A DNA stretch of 64,000 nt from Iphione sp. A-MEVVRFRX5 (lineage: Eukaryota): contig OZ320315.1 in the NCBI GenBank assembly GCA_976226885.1, positions 82,026,001-82,090,000 of the forward strand. The letters run 5' to 3'. Positions 11,153 through 24,200 of this stretch are shown here, piece by piece. The position numbers were made by a program, and so were the translations under genes. A model generated the notes under the pieces. The model ran no database searches. It saw nothing but the letters and a program-made list of their open reading frames with translations, and was not told the DNA's origin. Positions within the stretch are counted from its first letter, which is position 1. The number at the start of each line of letters is the position of its first letter.

Positions 11153-14133
11153 CTCAGTTGACACACACACATATTTACATGTATTTCATACATATAAAAA
11201 GTGCCTTCAATACCTGCATTGGGTGTGTGAGTGGTTGGGAGGGGGCATGAAGGGAAGGGGTTAAAGTCCAGACTGCCTTGCATTTACAACCCTGGTTCTG
11301 CTTGACTGGACAGACATGTGTAGTGATATTACACCCAATAGAAAAAGTAGTGTGAGAGTTTTGTTCCAAATTCTTTTATATTCTACTTTCTACCTTAAAA
11401 CATATGGCAATATCTATTATTCTAAAAAAGATTAATATAGCATGTGAGAGAAACAAATCATGAGGTTTTTAAAGAGTCCAATATGCATGAGATCTTCCCT
11501 CATGGCTGGACTACTTTTAGGCAATGTTTTATATGGGCAGTGTCATTATGAGGGATCTAATATCACATAGTTTCACAAGAACTGAGAACATGTGGATTGG
11601 TGCCTTCCTGGGCTATGGCCAAATAGGCTATTTTACAGAAAAGGAGACGTTGAGTTGATTCCTACTGAGCCTTCCTACCGGCATCTGGGCACGGCTTTCA
11701 GCGTTGACACTAGTCAGCTTGCTGGCAGCGTCTATCTATATTATGATTCTCAGTCCACACTTACATGCATAAACAGGTTCCCCTCAACGTCGAGGTGGAT
11801 GGTGTGGTTTGTTGTCGATGGCACGTTGCACTGTACCTGGAACAGCCATGCTGCGTTGATAGGGTACACAATTAACTCCACCAGTGCATTTCCGGTACGG
11901 TATTAAGACCTCAATCCTAAGCTTCGCATAGCATGCGCTTTCAGCATCGCACCTGAATTCACTCCGTCTACTCAACAGCGGAGAGGCTATCAGCGCACGG
12001 CTATCATCTGCAGCAATTTCCCTGTCAGAGAACACGCATGTAGATCAAGGAAAGGGTATATCTGATGGTAATGTTGCCGGTTTCCTCTTCATACGATATC
12101 GGTAAAGGTGTGGCGAGAGGTGGCCCGGCATTAGTCGTCATCTCAGACGGCGTCAATGATGAATAAACGAAGCCTAATTGCTACCTGTTTCCACAGACAT
12201 GTCATTAGCCTCGAGTGGCCACCTCTCCTGAATACTTATGAGGCAAACCTTGGCCCAGTAGGGAAGTATATCATCCCAGGGAACCTGAGTGGCAGCCACG
12301 CGGTGCAAATTAATACATCTATGATTCTACGTGTATTGTCTATAAAAATACGGTCTGCGAATAAATTTATGTGTGGCAAACGAAAAGTTTTATACTTATA
12401 TTGTATAACGAAAAACGTGTCATTAGATGGTCCTTTTTAGAGTATTGTTTTCTAGACTTCCTCCCAAAACAGATTTCGTTGTCTTTACTTCGACGCGATT
12501 AAAACGAAGGAACATTTCTGCGGAAAATCGACACGTGTTTGATAAACGGGGCATGGGGCACCTAAAACAAAAGGGTCTGTGGCCTTTTCGTTTGTTTCCG
12601 TTACAAGACCACCTTCATCTGCAACTGTTGCACATTGTTTAAACAACAGCATTGCATGTGGTTTGAGAAACAGCCACTTCCCTTCCCTGGAGAGTCGCGG
12701 GGCCCGCGCGCCGTGCTGAAAGGTAGGTTGTCGCGGCTGATTGACGTGCTTGTTTGGGGTAATGCCGCTACCTGACGAAGGGATGGTGATTGATGGACCG
12801 TTCTACATTGGCAAACCACAGGTTGACCACCTCCGCTTCCCATCCCCACTCATGCCGAATTGCCTCCCGCTCGCCCGACCGCCAGGCGACCCCTCCAGGC
12901 ATCCTGGGTAGCACAGGCCTGTCGCCACATATAATTGTCACCGCCGGACCTTGGAGGCACCCTAGCAATAGTAGGGGGGTGAGGGTTCTACAGCGGATAG
13001 CTTGTCCAGCCGCTGGTGTCACCAAAGGGGCAATGAAGATCAAAGCTAACCGACAAACGCCCGAGCAGCGGTGGTGTGGTTTAATGGATTAATAATGTTT
13101 ACATTTAGTTACATGTACATGGCCTTGTCGTTGTGCCTGAAGCAAAGAGGGTTAATCCTAATGCACGACGGCATTAAATGCGTCCTTTAAAAAATCTACT
13201 TCAGCTCGTTAGCCCAGTTGCAGGTCCTGTTTGGTGTTTACATTAAGTCTATGGTTTTTCCCTCTCGAGTCTCAGATAGGTTGATGAGACTCAACTTCCG
13301 AGGTCGCTAACTGGCCGTCGCGCACCCTGAGCACGTCGATGGCCGCATGTCGACGCGATAGGTCTATCAGATCATCATAGTCTGCACTTTTATGATTAAT
13401 AGTGGGTCATCCATCACCCGGCAGACATGTTCAGACCGAATTGTGGCTGGTGTCCGTGTGACACGATTTGCAATCAAGATTACCAGCTTCACACATCATG
13501 AGCCTATACATTGAAGACGAATAGCTAGAGTAGCACATCTCGGCAAGTCCTGGAAGAAATGGACTAAAGCTTTGCCGGCAAAAAGACAACTCCTGCGTCC
13601 TGAGGCACAAACCGTTCCTTCGTCAGTCACAGGTGTTCTTCCAGAGGCACCACCCATAATGCATCCAGTAATAACTTTCATGAGCCTCAAAGGCAATTAT
13701 CCCTTTGAGCAACGGTGCATACATCATGGTCGAGATATTCCCTCTTCTGCTTTAGGCAAATCTCTAACCTACTTTGGGATATGATACTGCTGTCTAGTAC
13801 TGTCATATACCATTTATTATGGATTTTATATGTTGCTCATTCTACATTTTGAAAATAATGTCATCTTAGATTAAATGGATGCGTTCCTTTGCTTTATGGA
13901 CTCAGAGGTGTCTCTAAATAAGCCCAGGGTTGCCATTCTCATGCAAACGATATTGGTCCGTATAGATCGGTCTTTTAGTGAGCTGCTCAGGCCGGATCTA
14001 TGAGCTGCTCTCCAGGCCGGCGCTCCAGGAGGTGCGCCGACTGCCCCTGTCCGTGGTTCTCGTGCTAGAAACAGATCTGGGCCAGCGTCACGAGATGGTG
14101 CTGCTTGTTACTCTCTCCCGGTCCCCGACTCAC

Positions 14134-14175
14134 CTCCCAGTTGCCGGCACAGGAAAGGTCGGTAATATCTGCGAG
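14134..14175 (-). other. Candidate short non-coding first exon
   Basis: Minus-strand GGGAG|GTGAGT is a full consensus 5' splice site about 40 bp downstream of the motif cluster. TSS position is inferred. Confidence 0.45.
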
Positions 14176-14229
14176 TCTCGCGAGAAGGTCACATGACCAA
14201 GTCTTTATAATCAGCTCCCGGGCGGGAAA
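14176..14229 (-). promoter_or_regulatory. Promoter-like motif cluster, probably driving a minus-strand transcript
   Basis: TCTCGCGAGA palindrome (14176-14185), GGTCACATGACC E-box/CLEAR-like (14187-14198), minus-strand TATAAA (14204-14209) and E2F-type GGCGGGAAA (14221-14229) within 55 bp. Confidence 0.55.
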
Positions 14230-15506
14230 TGCTAACATCTAATTGGGACTGCTACTTGCGCAGGGACCGTTAGAGACTTATCGTCATATAACCTCCTTCT
14301 TAGATCTTGTCTCGACATGCTGAAATATCATTGAAACTGGGGGGGGGGATCTGTTACCAAAATAGCGACGTAGAAATTAATTTTCCATCTCGTCTTAACA
14401 TGTATAATCTTTAACCTTTTCAACAGGTTCAGTACAAAATGATATGCTTGAGAGTGCGTTCGGAAGTATTTAAGTGGGCTGGCATTCACTTCATATTGGA
14501 AACCCTAAATGCTACCAATCCCTGACTAGTCCTAAGAGATTTGCCTTTCAAGCAAGGCAGTCAAACTTTCTACGTCCTGGGACACTAAAGACTGTTTCAT
14601 GATCCAAAAGGGAAAGCCGTGGTACTCGGCTTGTCGTAGAGGTCCAGTGGGACTACGTTCACAATGGACCGTCATTGCAATTACCATCCGAACATAATCC
14701 AGCTTCCGTATCTATTAAAGGATTGCAGCGACATGGACTTGTATCACGTCGGACACACAATGCAGTGACAAGCAAATGGGCAGGGTGCTTACTCTGGAAC
14801 TTTATGGGACACTGCTTCCAGAAAGATCCGAGAGATTAACGCTCGCCTGAAACTTTGTGGATTTGCCACCACGACTGATCCCATTTACTGCCCGTAGTCT
14901 ACGTCAACTCCCAAATCTCCTCAGGACAGATCAAGTAAATGTACGTGCATAGCAATCGCTGATATTAATCACAGGTTTCATTTAGTGCATTTCTTCATAT
15001 CCGTCGGTGTGCTCGATGAGGCGGCGTAGTGTTAAATAGTGGACGGATTTATCGTTACGAAGGAAATGCATAGTGCAGGTACATGAAAAGCTGACGCCTT
15101 CTGTACCAGAAAAGCTGGCTTGTATCGCGGTGGTATCTGGGCTCCATGTCTGGACCACAGTTTTACACAGGATCTAGATCACTGCTGGGTTGATTGGCAT
15201 GCATCGGGGGCGGGGGGGGGGGGCTGCAGTCTCCTGAGCACTGCAGTGGTTGATACCCACCATTTAATGCGGAGAGTGGAAGGCTTGGACAGCAGTTCTA
15301 TCATCTTGCAATGATTGAAAAAAAACACAAGCGCTCGCCAACTGTGTAATCGACATAATTAGCAGCAAAGGAAATGACAAGAGCATGAAGCGGCAAGGCG
15401 CCTTCCCGCGCCGGTTGCGGCAGGCCAGAAATAATGACTGCCAGGAAAGGCAAGAGTTAGCACCCGGGGCGGCGTCGCTGATCGCGTCGATGAAAAAAGG
15501 AAACAA

Positions 15507-15515
<9 letters not shown>

Positions 15516-15541
<26 letters not shown>
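15516..15541. repeat. (CA)n microsatellite
   Basis: About 13 CA units. Confidence 0.9.
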
Positions 15542-15604
15542 AAGAGGCGTAAGCACACACGGCTGCGCGTACCTACAAAAACACACACAGAGACAATGGT
15601 CCGA

Positions 15605-15694
15605 GAGGAGGAGGAGGAGGAGGAGGAGGAGGAGGAGGAGGAGGAGGAGGAGGAGGAGGAGGAGGAGGAGGAGGAGGAGGAGGAGGAGGAGGAG
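15605..15694. repeat. Pure (GAG)30 microsatellite
   Basis: 90 bp uninterrupted. Confidence 0.97.
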
Positions 15695-18586
15695 GCCTGG
15701 GACCAACCTGCCTTTTGCTGCACTACTTGCTTGCGGTTCAGGCGTGTCGACCCAAGCGCGGCGAGCGTCGTAACCGTCGAGGCTGACACGCAGTTCATAG
15801 CCCTTATCGGCGGTAGGACCGCGCCACGCGGGCGGCGCTTGATGGTCTGATAATTAATCTGGCCGTGGGAGGGCTAGGATGTAATGGGAATATCACGGCC
15901 GACTGGCTACGCCGAAGATAAAGTGTGAGGATTAGCGCGAGCCGTGAGAACCAAGCTACTTGGGGTAAGGAGGAATTTTCGCAGGCAGCCTGGAGAGAGT
16001 GTATTATCCAAGCGACCTGCCCATCCCTAGCAAGGCTTGCGGCGGTCGATCGATGGATGTGGTGCGACAGACTAGGGCAGGCGATAAGCCTCTCCTGCAG
16101 GGGTTAACCAAGGCAGGCGCCCCTGACAGGCCCTCTGCAGCAGGGCCTTGCGCTCACACCCAAGGGAAACTAGCAGCGCCGCCCTCTATGTCAACTTACT
16201 ACTGAAGGGGCCAGAGTATGGTCACCCTCAAGTTGGCATGTCGCCCACTGCTTTCAGTGTCACCGGTCAGCAGCTCTTTATTCGACCAATATGCCTGTAG
16301 CGCGCACATATTGGATGAGAAGAATAAGCCATGAAATCGCCCATACAAGAGTTGCTTGATTAATGCTCGCATTGGTCGGCAAAACCTTGGCTGTGCAATA
16401 GACTCGAAGCTGATATTTGACTCAAATGTCCTTCTTCAACAACTTGGCTCTAAATAGTATTTTTGATATCATCAAATAATATGTTTTGTTCATCGATGCG
16501 AATGCCGTACTGTTTGAGGTAACATTTATAGACATATCAATACTTGTTTATGCTAGCCATTTTCATTTCCATTCATTTCATTTTTCATTGCGACTAAGAA
16601 TGAAATGCTCTCTATTATACAGGTAAATGATTGGCATTTATATTTGTAGGATGATTTGCATTATCGATCGATGACCTATTGATGGACTACCGAAAGAAAA
16701 AAAAGTAACGATACGGACAGATATTCTACAAGAATTATATGTCACCTAGCCCAACGACGTAATCGTTCTTTTAATCTCCGTTTTAATCTGAATGTAGTTC
16801 CACATATTTCTGTTCCCAGTTCTCAACCTATATGCCTCACGTATAATACATATGTATATACTTGTATACATTTTCGTGCATTGTTCAAGCGACGACTGGT
16901 GTGAAATGGTTTTCTTACGGATTCTTGTGAGGCATCGTTTGGAGATGAGCAACCCAGTGCAGTTGGATCGTGCCAAACCTATATAATATCAACCAACTGA
17001 AATTCAAAACAACACCTTCGGGATAGAGCAGAGCATTTCACTCGATGATATATTGGGCAAAACTAAGGTTGACGGCAGGCCAACACTGGCAATAATTTTG
17101 TATGTTTTAGTTATAATTTCAATGATAATCAAATGTGATAACTGGGTTGACCACAGACCTGGAACTCTCACTCGTATATAGGTAATTTAACTCTTTTCAA
17201 CCATTTCCAACTATCTTATTTCCCAGTAAACACAATGCCAGAAATGCATTGAATCCTGTTGACACTGAACTACTATGACCTATTTTCCCTCACAATAAAT
17301 AACAACCATGACGTCGTATGTTTGCCATTCAGGTTATTTTCGTACCTATCACAGTTGATACATGGACAATGAAATGTCCATTTAATACATGTATGACACA
17401 GTTATTCAGCATTAGGCAAACTCGTATCTTTATGACACGTTTACCTGAAAATACAGACAGAATTCGGATCAACGCGGTGTTCACCGTTCACACATGTATT
17501 TAGCGCAAGATAATATGGTAGTCATTTGCATTGAATTGACCATAGTGGGAAAGCTGGGAAAATCTCGTCATATTGAACGGTAATCTCCTGTATGGTGTAC
17601 AGAGAAAAATAAATTGATATCAAGTCGTATAAATCCGGGATTGCATGTATCTTTAATACTCAAAGCTATGGGCAATCAATCTCTGATGTAATTATGGTGT
17701 AAAGATATCATAGACCTGTTTGCTTCTCCTTATGAAGTAGATGTGTTCTGTAACATAATCTTTTCTTCAGAATCTTCACTACAAGGACTATCTTTCTCAG
17801 ATAGTGCCTTCAAAGATGTTTACATGTAATTGCTGCATATTTTGTGAGCAAAGCACACGGCTCATTTCCAATCAAAGAAGAAGCTTAGATTGGGCGACTG
17901 ACTGGAATGAAATACGAATAAGTTTGTTTTAAAGCACCTGCATGATTTTAGTGCATGTATGTGTGTAAGTATACTACATGTATACTTCTGTACGTATCAA
18001 TGTTTAAAATGGAGTTTGTGTACCAATGTGAATAAGAAATAAAAAAGAATGTACTAGATTGTTAAGAATCCAACTCATTTTCACAGAAATAGCTCAGAAT
18101 ATGGGTGTATTTTTCAGAATCTGTGCCATCTTTGCAAAAAAAGTGCTTTTAAAAAACGAAAAACCAGACTATTAACTACATCTTGCTTGCTCATTCCTAT
18201 GCCATCTCGAATCACTTTAATGTAAATCTCCAATTCTTCTGCTGGATCCACATGCACAACCAGTTATACATAAAGACATAGGCATACCGCCGTTGATAAC
18301 ACTCGATAAAAAATCTATGGAACTATAGACCCTAGACTTGTACCTTGAAGACTGAGCCGAAGACCTGGGACTGGTCAGTATGTAAGCCAGCTGAATAGCT
18401 GCCGTTTACCAGTCTATGAATTTTTGTGATACCTTAGACTCCAACATGTTTCAACATAAAGAAAGCTATACAAGAGAACTGATGCAAGGATTGTGGGAAC
18501 ATATTCAACCTTCATGCAATTCTGACATTCATCCACTCAATAGAATGCATAAGGATACAGAAACGAAACATCTATACATTAGGGAT

Positions 18587-18797
18587 GGGGAGCTAACTCA
18601 GTGGTAGAGCACTGGTCCACTGATTGAGAGGTCGCAGGTTCAATCCCGGGCTTGGGACTCTTTATCATGACCAGACAGATTTACCGTAGCCCCAACCCAG
18701 AGTGGTCCCCAACTCATATCTGTATCTGTACTATGAAAAACGCCCTTGTCAGGGCGATAGTTGGATAATAAATTCATTTGAAATTGAAATTGAAATT
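18587..18797 (+). mobile_element. tRNA-derived SINE
   Basis: tRNA-like head with A box TAACTCAGTGG (18595-18605) and B box GGTTCAATCCC (18637-18647) but no pairable acceptor stem; 3' stem-loop CGCCCT-TGTC-AGGGCG (18741-18756); tail of GAAATT repeats. Confidence 0.75.
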
Positions 18798-18817
18798 ATT
18801 ATAGCACGGCAGCCATC

Positions 18818-19097
18818 TTTTTTTCTCTTTAGTTCTATATAGGGAAGTGTGTGAATATTCCACATATTGTCATTGTTTGGATTAGTGGTTGAAGATGTTA
18901 CAGGTATCTGTCGTGAAATGCTAATACTTTCATTGTCTCTGAAGCTCCTGAAGGGTCTCCACTGTGATGAAATCTGGTTAGGGCAAGGTGAGGGTTGGAA
19001 CCCAGGTCTGCCACATGCCTGGGTCTACAGCCTGACTGGCAGCTCCCTACATAACCCATGTGTAGTCTGGCGCTGCTACCCACTGTGCCACAGAGGC
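18818..19097 (-). mobile_element. Possible second tRNA-derived SINE, minus strand
   Basis: Minus strand reads GCCTCTGTGGCACAGTGGGTAGC (A-box-like, 19080-19090) ... CCTGGGTTCCAACCC (B-box-like, 18992-19002). A-B spacing is unusually long; the 3' boundary is guessed from an A-rich end. Confidence 0.4.
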
Positions 19098-20496
19098 TTA
19101 ACCCAGTAAGGACAGGCCCCTGGTGTTTTTTGCGGCAGTACAGGACGGCACCTGTTTGAAGTGCTGTGTCGAAGAGGACATGTTACACACAAAAACATGT
19201 AAATACATGAGTACACACAGAATAGATGTATGTCGCGATCGCATTTTCATTACAATTCTCCATAAATTAATGCCTGTATATACAAATAGTATTCATCATT
19301 GTCTTTCTTGGAACCTGAGCTTTAAAATGACAGTTGTTGCATGAAAATCGGACAATTATTAATGAAATGGCGATCAGGGGTATGTGGTCCCACCTATGAT
19401 AATGTGTCTGATTTATTATGTAGTGTACATGTAGGAGTTAGCCTCAAGTTCAGGTGGAAGGGTTATTGCTCAGCTTTGCCTCGCACTAATCCCTTCTGTG
19501 CGAATATATCATGTACATACTCGGTATGTATCTATTACAAAAGGTCATGGGTGTATGGGATTCTGTCCCCTATGCACAAAAAGAACCTTAGAAACCTATT
19601 CAAAATAAGAGTAGGGGGCAACTCCAGGTATTCTGGTCTCTCAATTCTCAGCAATAGATGGTAGTATACTACCCCAGGAGGATATGGAAGAGCTCTGTCA
19701 TGTGATAGAGAACATCTAGTTCCTTATTAAAGATATGACGAAATGAAATAGTTGTTACTGGCTATATCTCGTTACTCTGCTGAGATCTGACTCAATATAC
19801 AGTTGTACAAACAACTGGCCAAGTGGAGTAGGTTAGAGAAGATGGTAATGAAACAAAATATTAATCGTACTAAACGGGGATAAAAGCTGACACAGCTTTT
19901 CTTAATACTAAAGACAAGGGAACTAATAAAAGTCGTGGTATTCAGGAAGATTGAAGTTGAATCGTTGGTAGGGTAATGTGCTATATTGAGAGAGTGTAGG
20001 GAACAGAAAGATGCTTACACCAGGTGTGCCCTACATCCAGATACGCTGGCATCAGGGTACAAGATGGAAGGGTACATCAAAGGTCTCTGTCTCTCCCGAT
20101 AGCATGGACCAATCATTAATGGCCGATGGTGTACCCAAAGATCAGTAGGAAAGTCATGATGACTGGAAGTACAGTACAATCAATCGTTGGCGCAACATTC
20201 CATCCAACACATGCAATACATAAACTTGCGTTTCCGGTCATCCTTTCCAAATAGACCTTTATAGAAATAATCGTCCCTTGACGCTCCTTTTATTCCGACG
20301 AAGATTCATACCGTTCAAGTGCTTCCATTAGCTAAGCGTCAACTATAACAATTGAACATGTCGGCCTGGCTTAAAGATGGTGTGCCACCTAAACTGTACA
20401 GTACGCTAAATGTCTCCCCGTCGTTACCTTTTAACTGACGCCAAATGGACCCCGGAGGTACACCTTTGGATTCAGTCTTACATCCAGTGCCTTTAG

Positions 20497-21257
20497 GTCA
20501 CTGCGCGTGTTCACAGCCCGCCAGGGTCGATCAATAGGGCCAAAGGTGACATCCCACATGGACCATACTGGCGCACACAAACGTTCCCGGTGACAGGTAC
20601 ACGAACACACGCCTTAATAGACACGTGCCAACATAAAGGGCATTGATGCCCCCACTAACTGAAGGGGGGGGGGAGTACGGACCAGAGAAAAGAGGGAGGG
20701 GGACGGAGAAAGAACTGAAGAGGTTTAGAACCAGGCAAAGACACGATAGCCGGGAGACCTGAGAGATCAAGGGAGAATAAGATAAGCCTTAGGATTAATA
20801 ACCGGTGCAGAAAGGGAGATTTACAAATAGTAAGCGACAGGAAGAAGATAGACAGAGGATAAGGTGGAAAAGGAAGAACGGAGTAGTGAAGATAGAACAA
20901 TTTTATGATCGGCATCCAATCAGAAGAAACGTGGGGTGAAGGAAGTCGGTGAGTGGGGGGAACAGATAGAGAGGTAGAGGGAGAAATGAGATCCCCTTAG
21001 GCTATGAGTCCAAGTCAGGATATGACAGCGGAATCGAAGGTGCCGAGGCCTTGGATTCGCTGGCAGACATCCTGGAGGTTAAAGTGAACCCAGGCGCTGC
21101 AGCTGAGGCACATATCTCCCAGCGTCCCGGTTTGTGCGCTGACCTCTGCTCCACGGAGATGTCCCAAGGTAGATCAAAGTGTAAAGAGGATAAAAGTGGG
21201 TCAGGATCAGATGAGGAGGGCGGCGCGCCAGCGTCAAGCGTGGGGAATACCAAATAG
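20497..21257 (+). other. Pair of phase-compatible candidate exons (20497-20596 and 21001-21257)
   Basis: CCTTTAG|...ACAG|GTACAC then CCCCTTAG|GC TAT; joined frame VTARVHSPPG...TFPVTGYESKSGYDSGIEGAEALDSLADILEVKVNPG...NTK*. No homology recognised. Confidence 0.2.
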
Positions 21258-24200
21258 GCCTTGTTAGTCGCCGCCGGGGCGGCAGGCCTTGTTTCCCGCC
21301 TCCTAGCGGCCAATAGCACCTGTGCACCGGGCCAACAGTTTACATTGCTGAGACACGTGTACTTTCTACCCGTCGCCGAGGGTGTCATTACGCTAATGAT
21401 GTATCAAATTACTCGTACACGGTCATATTTTAATATATAGCCTCCAGTATGGATGGCTTACAGAGAACACCGTCCTTCCTGCTGCTTCATGTTTGTCATT
21501 GGTGATGCTGCGCCTAAAGCAGTATGTAGAACACCTTGTAATTTCCGTTACAGGAGGGGGAGGGGGGGGAGGTTATTTAGCTCTGAATGTAACCCTAAGG
21601 TAGAAAAACAGAATTACTCTACCTTAAAAACAGTGTATGCTGGAGTGCATCAAGACATGCCTCGCAAGTATTAACAAATTATTTCAATACATAAGTATAC
21701 ATGTACATATAACCAGTCATGTTTGGAACCTGGCATCAAAATCCTAAATTTATACGTGTACGATGTAAGGCTGGTTACATAACATGTATTTAGTTATACT
21801 CAATATGCGTTATACAATTATATCTTAATTATCGACCCATTGAGAAATATTTCATTTTCGGGAAAGAAATTTTACTTTGATATTATCAGTTATTAAAATC
21901 AGTCGAAAATCCATATTGATCGACTTGTAACTACTATAGAGACTACCTATCCCTACGCCGTAACTGACTTACATGGATTTGCTCAAAAGAGGCTGGCGAG
22001 CCTTGATCATTGATAACAGCACTAACGTAATGAGAAGCGCATTATTGTCAGGGACACGGATCCTTCGGGCTTCACCTACCCGTGTACACCCAGAATGAGC
22101 TATCGCGGCTTTCTGTTAACCATTCACAAGCTTTTGTACTAGGCTTAGTCAGGCAAACTGGCCTTCATAAAGATTCTATTGGCAACCTGAAAGTTGAACA
22201 TGTTAGTTTTGGTTTTCTGAAATAATGTCAGCTCTCACTTCTAGATCCTGTCACCGTATAGAGCAACAATGAGTATTTTCACGCCTGTAATACTTCTCGT
22301 TACTTCATTCTGCTTCATGCGTGGTGAATCCAGTGGGTTGCTCCTTGTCGCATGAATTCAATGGTAACAGCCACGGTGGGTCCCAGTCATATTATGAAGC
22401 TGTCAGTTCTCTCCAACTCCGAAACGCAGTTCACAGCTCTGGTCTACACCAGCAGCTCTGAGCAAAATTCCATCAGCGGTATAGACTGGCTTATGTATAG
22501 TGGAAGTGCTCGCCTGTTCAGATAGGAATCCCTATTGTGTGAACTTTGCACCAGGGATCTGCTCCAAAACTGACTGTAGGTCCATCCTGCTAGGAGGGCA
22601 GCAGGCACCCCGTTAGATAACACGTCGAAAAGAGATCCTAATGGCCTTTTAATGTTCGGTAACGGATCTTGGTGTGAGGCGCGGCTACGGCCTCTCACCA
22701 ACAGCAGGTGGGTTACTAAGAAGTGTGGGCTTCGTGTATACAAGATATGCAAACTGTTCCCTGCTCTACAAATGGACGTCTCCCTCATCCTCCTCGTCCT
22801 CACCCTTGCTGCCAGGTCAAGGAACTGTTTCACCCACATATTTTCAGCTTTCGCCTCCCTCCGCCACTACATGTACGCACTGAGCTTCTCGCCGAGCATC
22901 TCCGAGTTGCTCCATCTGAGTAGCACGTATTGTAAGGCATTATAGTAGTGTGACTTTTATCAGTAAAGATATAATCAACGGGAAATGTTGATGTTGGTGA
23001 TAATTTCCCTTCCACGGGTTGAATAGCTGTTTCATTCATTGCAATGAAATCGCTCGGCGTTAGCCTATATGCTCCCAGAACATTGCACATGACACATCTA
23101 AGAATACAATGTGGTGTTGTTTCATGTTCACTAAACCTCATTACAGGTTACATATCCATGCGCATACCCTTGAAATCCTCTTATGCTGTGATACTTGTAC
23201 TTCTAAAGCTTAAACTACGTAGCTAGACATGTATGAGACAGAGAAACTATGATGTAGTGTACATTCATATTATTGTCTTTACCTACTCCTATTCCTTCTT
23301 AAGTTTAAGAGGATTGAGTGAAACATTTATTAGTGCAGATGGGACCAGGCCTTATCGCATGCTGTAGAAAATCAACTTTGACATCAAGACTTGTGGAACC
23401 TTAAAGGAACTACCAGCTCTTCCACAAGAGTAGGAATGCAATACATGTACTTATTTTAACATGTCGAATAGTAAACACATTAACTTTATATATATATCAT
23501 ATAGAGAAAACTATATTTAGGGTAAATATTACCTGAATGAAAAAATAAAACCATGTTTAGAAACGTGTCCTGTATTCAAAAACTCACAACCCAGTACATC
23601 AGTTAGAATTCTCAAGCTTTCGGGAGCTTATCTCGTCATCGGGAGTAGCAAAGTGTAGGTACTTTTGGAAAGTGATAGAATTTGCATTTACATGTACATA
23701 CATGCTCTTTCTCATTTATGCTCTCCAAGGGAGAATCAAAACAATGAGACAGAAACAAAGCACGATAGATAAGGATTTGCCAAAAGAATCATTATTTTGC
23801 AAACACCGACTATGATTTGTAAGAGTCATAGTACAAGGCATCCGTTGTCTGGCTCAACGATGAATACACTTGTACATGCATTTATATAATGATACATTAT
23901 TCCAGTTAAATGGATACATCTGATTCTGGCCCAGAAGTATAAAGATGCACAGAGCTATCCAGCACTTTGTCCTTTTTGCCCTCCTTGTGGCCCCTCCCAT
24001 GGAAAATTCTATTATGACTGAACACTGCGACTTGGAAAGAGCCTCTAATTAGGTGCACATGGGAAGCCGAGCGATACACTGAGTCCAGTAGCCAGGCGTT
24101 CAAATCTTGGCCCAAAGGTGTGAGTCGCACCCGCTTGCTCTCTGCACGTTGGGCCCTAATCATGACAGCTGATTGCTTGGTCGGCTAGAGGGCGATCATA

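Noticed and set aside
13925-13936. CAGGGTTGCCA hAT-like terminus
   Set aside because: No matching inverted partner nearby.
14664-14810. Kinase-like words HPNIIQL and GQGAYSG in one frame
   Set aside because: Subdomain order is reversed and a stop separates them; consistent with chance.
15359-15850. ORFs with polyE, polyL and polyS
   Set aside because: By-products of the (GAG)30 microsatellite.
24040-24130. Possible SINE B box GTTCAAATC
   Set aside because: No convincing A box or tail.
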